Shown: piece by piece, positions 6,305 to 10,383 of the stretch
Layout: each line of letters begins with the position of its first letter
Numbering within the stretch: position 1 is the first letter of the stretch
Assembly (NCBI GenBank): GCA_046543235.1
Contig: JBKGZT010000049.1
Span: forward strand, 1-10,383
Source of the DNA: Candidatus Acetothermia bacterium
Lineage (GTDB): Bacteria; Bipolaricaulota; Bipolaricaulia; M55B111
Length of the DNA stretch: 10,383 nucleotides
Direction: 5' to 3'
Made by a program: the position numbers and the translations under genes
Notes under the pieces: model-generated
Databases searched by the model: none
What the model saw: the letters and a program-made list of their open reading frames with translations, nothing else
Told to the model about the DNA's origin: nothing

Positions 6305-7036
6305 ATGTCAGGTAACGAAGACGTATTCCGGGCTGAGAGGTACGAGAGACAGATGAACCTCCTGGGCGAATCAGGGCAAAAGGCTCTGAGGGAGTCCACC
6401 GCCACCGTGGTTGGACTGGGTGGTCTGGGCTCGCCGGCTGCTACCTACCTCACGGCTGCCGGTTTCGGAAGGCTCGTCCTCGTGGATTACGACGAAGTCA
6501 CTCCGAGCAACCTTAACCGGCAGGTTCTCCACGGATCGGACGATGTGGACAGGAAGAAAACCAGGTCGGCCAGGGAAAAACTGAAGGAGCTGGATCCCGA
6601 AATCGAGCTGGAGACCTGCGAGCTGGAGCTGGAGAAGGATAACGTGGAGGAGTTGCCGGAGACGGACCTGGTTCTCGGAGCGGTCGATAACTTTCGCGTC
6701 CGTTACCTGCTTAACGAATACGCGGTTCGAGAGAAGATACCCTATATTCATGGAGCTGTAAAGGGTTTCAACGGGCAGTTGATGACGGTAATACCGGGTA
6801 AGACTGCTTGCCTCCGCTGTACCTTTCCGGAAGGAGCCCCCGAAAGGGAGGGTATCCAGGTTCTCGGACCCACGGCAGGGGTAGTCGGTACGATGATGGC
6901 CAACGAGGCGATTAAATACGTCACAGGGGTCGGGCAGACAGAGGAGGAATTACTGCTGCTGAACCTGAAGGAAAACAAATTCGAGCCGGTTGGCGTAAGC
7001 AGGGTCCCCGATTGTCCCGTCTGTGGGGATCTTTGA
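6305..7036 (+). CDS. ThiF/MoeB/HesA family E1-like adenylyltransferase
   Basis: Contains RYERQ, GLGGLG, DYDEVTPSNLNRQ, DNF..RY..N and two zinc-binding CxxC motifs (CLRC, CPVC). No rhodanese domain is present. Confidence 0.93.
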   Translation: MSGNEDVFRAERYERQMNLLGESGQKALRESTATVVGLGGLGSPAATYLTAAGFGRLVLVDYDEVTPSNLNRQVLHGSDDVDRKKTRSAREKLKELDPEIELETCELELEKDNVEELPETDLVLGAVDNFRVRYLLNEYAVREKIPYIHGAVKGFNGQLMTVIPGKTACLRCTFPEGAPEREGIQVLGPTAGVVGTMMANEAIKYVTGVGQTEEELLLLNLKENKFEPVGVSRVPDCPVCGDL

Positions 7037-7260
7037 CTATTATCCCCCGGATAAGCACCGGGGTCCATCCGTGACGAAAAAGAGTAACCGATTTCGGTTC
7101 TCTTACAAACGATTGGGGTTGTCCCTCTCTACTTGTCGGAGTAATCTGATTCCAGGTGAAACGGTTCAGTCCAGATCACTGTGGATAAGCCTTCCTCTTT
7201 GGAGATTGGATGAGCCACGGAACCGTTTTCGAGTCGGAAAGGAACTCCCGGAGGTGGAGG

Positions 7261-7371
7261 ATGGGTATTTCTGTCGATTTTCTGGAGGCTTTGAGTTTCT
7301 TGACGGTGAGCGTCGGAATCTCGGTGGTATTTATCCGATTAATCAGGTTAGGAGGATATTTCGGAGAATAA
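7261..7371 (+). CDS. Small hydrophobic (single-TM) protein, 36 aa, absent from the ORF track
   Basis: A strong SD GGAGGTGGAGG (7250-7260) precedes the ATG. The product MGISVDFLEALSFLTVSVGISVVFIRLIRLGGYFGE* has a hydrophobic core followed by two Arg. Confidence 0.6.
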   Translation: MGISVDFLEALSFLTVSVGISVVFIRLIRLGGYFGE

Positions 7372-7521
7372 TTTCGAAGGCTGAGACCGCCGCACGCGCC
7401 GTTTAAGCGGAGATGATTGAGGTTTAGGCGGTTTTTAGCTTGATTTACCTGCAGGTTAACTGCCTGGTTTAGGGAAAACCATTCGTGTTTTTTTACCCTT
7501 TATTTTGATAAATTTAAACCT

Positions 7522-8664
7522 ATGAAAATAAATAAAAAAGATAACTGGACTGACGGAAACGAAGGACGGTTTTTCCTCGCCCTGTCGGTATTTGTGGTTG
7601 GGGTCTTTTTGATCACCCCACATGATGTTCGTCTATACGGTGCCGCAAGTGAATTTGGTGTTGAACTGGACGCCGAGATGGGGTTCGAGAGGAGTGAAGT
7701 TGATTTAAGCCCCTGGTGGGACTCGGAGGTCGAGCTGGGTTACGAGACGGATTCCACCTATTTTGAGAGCGAGACGCTGGTCGATCAGGGGGTCTATTCG
7801 GACCAGGAGCTCATGGTTGGTTTCATCGGGAATGACCTAAACGGGGAGTTAGACCTGAGCTTCGATCCGGAAGAGGAGGAACTGGAATCGTGTCGGGTCG
7901 GGGGGACGCTGAGCCCGAATCCCGTAACGACTCTAGAGGTGGATTACGAGACGGAGAGCTGTCTTCCCCGCAACCAGCGTAGTCCGGAACGGGAGCTGGA
8001 GGTCGAGGTGGAAAGAGAGGCTAAGGAGGGAGTAGAGGTAGTTCTGACTTCTACTTTTCCCCGAGGATCCGGCGGGGGCGTCGCTATCCCGGAAGAATCC
8101 AGTCTGGAGGTAGATGCTTTGCCGTTTGAGAACTTCTCGATAAATCCCATCCTGGAACTGGAAGAGCTCGTTCCCGTTGAATTGAAGGTCGACCTCGAAG
8201 ACGCCGTCCTGTTTGAGGAAACCGAGGAGGTAGGATTCGAAAGCGAGGTCGACTGGGAGTTTTCGGATGACTATGCCGAGTTCGACCCCGAACTTACCAC
8301 GGAGAGGTTCGTATTCTCTCTGGAGAGCGACCTTCGTTTCAGCGCCGATCGCCCGGGGAAAGTGGTTCGAATCAACGAGCTGGAACTGGGGGACGTCGAA
8401 CTCGGCGAATGGCAGTTGGACTTTACCAGGGATTTCTCTCAGGAGGAGACGGAACTGGCTTTTGAGACAGAGCCGGGAGCCCTGGAGGTGGAGCTGGAAC
8501 TCCTGTTTGAGGATGCCGAATTCGGAGTCCGACCGGAAGTCGGGGAACTTGGCGGTAAGGCAAGTTTCGACTTAAACGAGCGGACCGAGTTAGTCCTCGA
8601 GTCCGAAACGGAATTCGAGTCCCGGGTTCCCGAAGTGACTCTATCCTTCGACTATTCACTGTAA
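7522..8664 (+). CDS. Highly acidic exported hypothetical protein, probable outer-membrane beta-barrel/porin
   Basis: 380 aa with an N-terminal hydrophobic segment FFLALSVFVVGVFLI. Alternating acidic/hydrophobic strands recur (ELEVEVE, LEVELEL, WQLDFTR), and the C-terminus VTLSFDYSL resembles a beta-signal. Confidence 0.7.
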   Translation: MKINKKDNWTDGNEGRFFLALSVFVVGVFLITPHDVRLYGAASEFGVELDAEMGFERSEVDLSPWWDSEVELGYETDSTYFESETLVDQGVYSDQELMVGFIGNDLNGELDLSFDPEEEELESCRVGGTLSPNPVTTLEVDYETESCLPRNQRSPERELEVEVEREAKEGVEVVLTSTFPRGSGGGVAIPEESSLEVDALPFENFSINPILELEELVPVELKVDLEDAVLFEETEEVGFESEVDWEFSDDYAEFDPELTTERFVFSLESDLRFSADRPGKVVRINELELGDVELGEWQLDFTRDFSQEETELAFETEPGALEVELELLFEDAEFGVRPEVGELGGKASFDLNERTELVLESETEFESRVPEVTLSFDYSL

Positions 8665-8697
8665 GGCCAACTGGGCCGGATAGTGTATAAGCAACTG

Positions 8698-8832
8698 TGT
8701 AAAAGAATTTATAGCTTTGGAAACCGTTCAGGAAAATCCCATCGGAGGCGAGCCGAGATCGGAAAGGGGGATTTCCCCGCTGGAGAAATTGATCCCTGGT
8801 TTTATCGAACGGTTTCCAAAGGTAGTTTTACA
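8698..8832. repeat. Palindromic intergenic element, divergent member or relative of the same family
   Basis: Perfect 15-bp inverted repeat CTTTGGAAACCGTTC (8715-8729)/GAACGGTTTCCAAAG (8807-8821), outer TGTAAAA/TTTTACA and inner AAATCCC/GGGATTT. The left end TGTGTAAAA...AGCTTTGGA is shared with copy 1. Confidence 0.7.
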
Positions 8833-8996
8833 GGTAAAATGCTGTAATATGTAGGTTTTTCTACTGGAATTGCCATCCCTTTCTCTTTATATTTAACGCA
8901 ACGAACCGGCCTACAGCGGTTTCTCCGTTCCCCTTTGTCGTATATTTTGACGAATTGAATCTCACTTGGTTGATGGTTTTTTCAGGAGGCTCTGTC

Positions 8997-10172
8997 ATGC
9001 GGAATCTCGAGGACAAGAAACAGTGGACGCTATCGGCCCTGTTATACCTTGGCCTGGGAGCGGTAGTGATGCAGTTTCGGGGTGCCATGCTTCCCAACTT
9101 TCAGGCGGAGTTCGGTGTCTCGGAGTCGCTCCTCGGTTTGGTCTCCCCGGCGGGAACCATGGGGTTCACGATCGTGGCCCTGACGACCGGCATGATGGCG
9201 GGTCGGGTGGACATCAGGAGGTACATCCAGACCGGAGCCCTCTTAACCGCCGTTACTACCTTCCTTATCGGCCTGGCTCCGTTCTATTCGCTCTTCCTGG
9301 CTGCCATCGTCCTTCGAGGTATGGCGGGAGGAATGCCGGGCGGTTTGACCAGACCCATTCTCGGCCATCTTTATCCGGATAGCAAGGGAAAAATCTTCAA
9401 CGTTCACGAAGCCGTCTGGGCTTTTGGCGCTGCCTGTGGTCCCCTGGTGGCCAACCTGGTGCTTCACTTTGCGGGGTGGCGGGCCGGTTATTACGCCCTC
9501 GGGGTAGCCTTCGTCCCGATATTTCTGTTCATGTTTGTGACGTCCGATTTCCCAGCGGAGATCGAAGAAGAACCGCTGACCCGGGAGGGGTTTTCCGAGA
9601 TCATCAGTCACCCGGTGGTGCTTGCAGTCGGGGTCGCGCTGTTTTTAAACGTCGGCGTGGAAGGCGGTTTCTTCACCTGGCTTCCCTATTACCTGTCTCA
9701 AACTCTGCCGCAGAGCGTGGCCAACTTCGCGCTCACCGGTTTCATCGGTGCTTACGTTCCCGGACGTTTGATCAATGGCTACCTGTCGGAGAGGTTTTCT
9801 TATACATCCCTGATAATGGGAGCGGCAGTGGGAATAAGCATCTTGCTGGCTGTGGCCTTCTTCCTTGTGGGAGGGTACTGGCAAATTGGCGTGATAGTCG
9901 CAATAGGCTTTCTCATATCGACGGTCTTTCCTAACCTCTTTTCCCTGGCTGCCAAAACCTATCCCCAGTACAGCGGCCCGATTAACGGCCTGGTTATGAC
10001 TTTTGATCCCCTGGGGATATCCGTTTTCCCCGTCTTTATAGGTATAATCGCGGAAAGCTTTGGAATCGAGATGGGAATGAGGTTCCTTATCCTGCCTATG
10101 CTAGGCGTGATCCTTACCGTCGCCTTTCTCCGGAAGAAGGTCAGCCGGAAGGTCGATGGATCCGGCCAGTAG
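8997..10172 (+). CDS. MFS transporter (FucP/TsgA-like, substrate unknown)
   Basis: About 12 hydrophobic segments, motif-A-like GMMAGRVDIRR and GYLSERFS, and VGVEGGFFTWLPYYL. I placed the start at ATG 8997, after SD AGGAGG, rather than TTG 8955. Confidence 0.92.
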   Translation: MRNLEDKKQWTLSALLYLGLGAVVMQFRGAMLPNFQAEFGVSESLLGLVSPAGTMGFTIVALTTGMMAGRVDIRRYIQTGALLTAVTTFLIGLAPFYSLFLAAIVLRGMAGGMPGGLTRPILGHLYPDSKGKIFNVHEAVWAFGAACGPLVANLVLHFAGWRAGYYALGVAFVPIFLFMFVTSDFPAEIEEEPLTREGFSEIISHPVVLAVGVALFLNVGVEGGFFTWLPYYLSQTLPQSVANFALTGFIGAYVPGRLINGYLSERFSYTSLIMGAAVGISILLAVAFFLVGGYWQIGVIVAIGFLISTVFPNLFSLAAKTYPQYSGPINGLVMTFDPLGISVFPVFIGIIAESFGIEMGMRFLILPMLGVILTVAFLRKKVSRKVDGSGQ

Positions 10173-10328
10173 CCACGACCTGGGCTGGCGAGCTTGCCCG
10201 GCCGACCGGAGAGTAATAGACTACCTGTATTGACGATTGTGAAAGAATTGAGTGTCTCTTAATTTCCGATTGTTCGAGGGAGAGGTTTTGCGGATGTTGA
10301 AGGGTTTGAGGGCTGAAAAATAAAAAAG

Positions 10329-10383
10329 TGGTGCCGAGGCCCAGAGTCGAACTGGGGACACCCGCCTTTTCAGGGCGGTGCTC
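10329..10383 (-). tRNA. tRNA-Phe(GAA), 3' part (the 5' end lies beyond the window)
   Basis: The minus strand reads GAGCA CCGCC CTGAAAA GGCGG GTGTC CCCAG TTCGACT CTGGG CCTCGGC ACCA. This gives an anticodon stem-loop with GAA, a T-arm, the acceptor strand and an encoded CCA. Confidence 0.96.

Noticed and set aside
5644..6405. Minus-strand ORFs 5644-5943, 5648-6022 and 6136-6405
   Set aside because: They are antisense to the ABC-transporter pseudogene or thiF and have no protein-like motifs.
7180..7188. Perfect DnaA box TGTGGATAA, suggesting an origin
   Set aside because: It is a single box with no cluster, DUE or dnaA/dnaN context. It could be regulatory, but that is not supportable here.
7023..7406. 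127-aa ORF overlapping the thiF end
   Set aside because: It has atypical basic composition for this acidic proteome and crosses several hairpins. The SD-led 36-aa ORF in another frame is better supported.
4391..10383. tRNA-anchored integrative element or prophage
   Set aside because: I found no integrase, no phage genes and no duplicated tRNA 3' end (att site) in the window.
1..10383. CRISPR array or defence system
   Set aside because: No regularly spaced direct repeats and no cas or defence-like ORFs were seen.

Overview
This is a bacterial chromosomal window. The proteins are strongly acidic and two look like outer-membrane beta-barrels, so I infer a halophilic diderm (Bipolaricaulota/KB1-like is a guess, not verified). 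The left half is a minus-strand housekeeping cluster dprA-ndk-recA-recX-ispF-osmC, preceded by a small beta-barrel gene. The right half is more accessory: a structured non-coding region (4.9-5.65 kb), a frameshifted and deletion-collapsed polar amino-acid ABC transporter remnant, a ThiF/MoeB E1-like gene, an unannotated 36-aa hydrophobic ORF, a Glu-rich beta-barrel protein, an MFS transporter and the 3' part of tRNA-Phe(GAA). The most notable observations are: (1) a family of ~90-135 bp palindromic intergenic elements, two sharing a 35/38-nt core; (2) a RecA with an altered L2 loop and altered secondary DNA-binding-site residues; (3) a candidate two-hairpin sRNA whose C-rich loop is complementary to the RBS of the 36-aa peptide, resembling a type I toxin-antitoxin system; (4) a promoter-driven ~148-nt rod-like candidate ncRNA; (5) probable leaderless genes.
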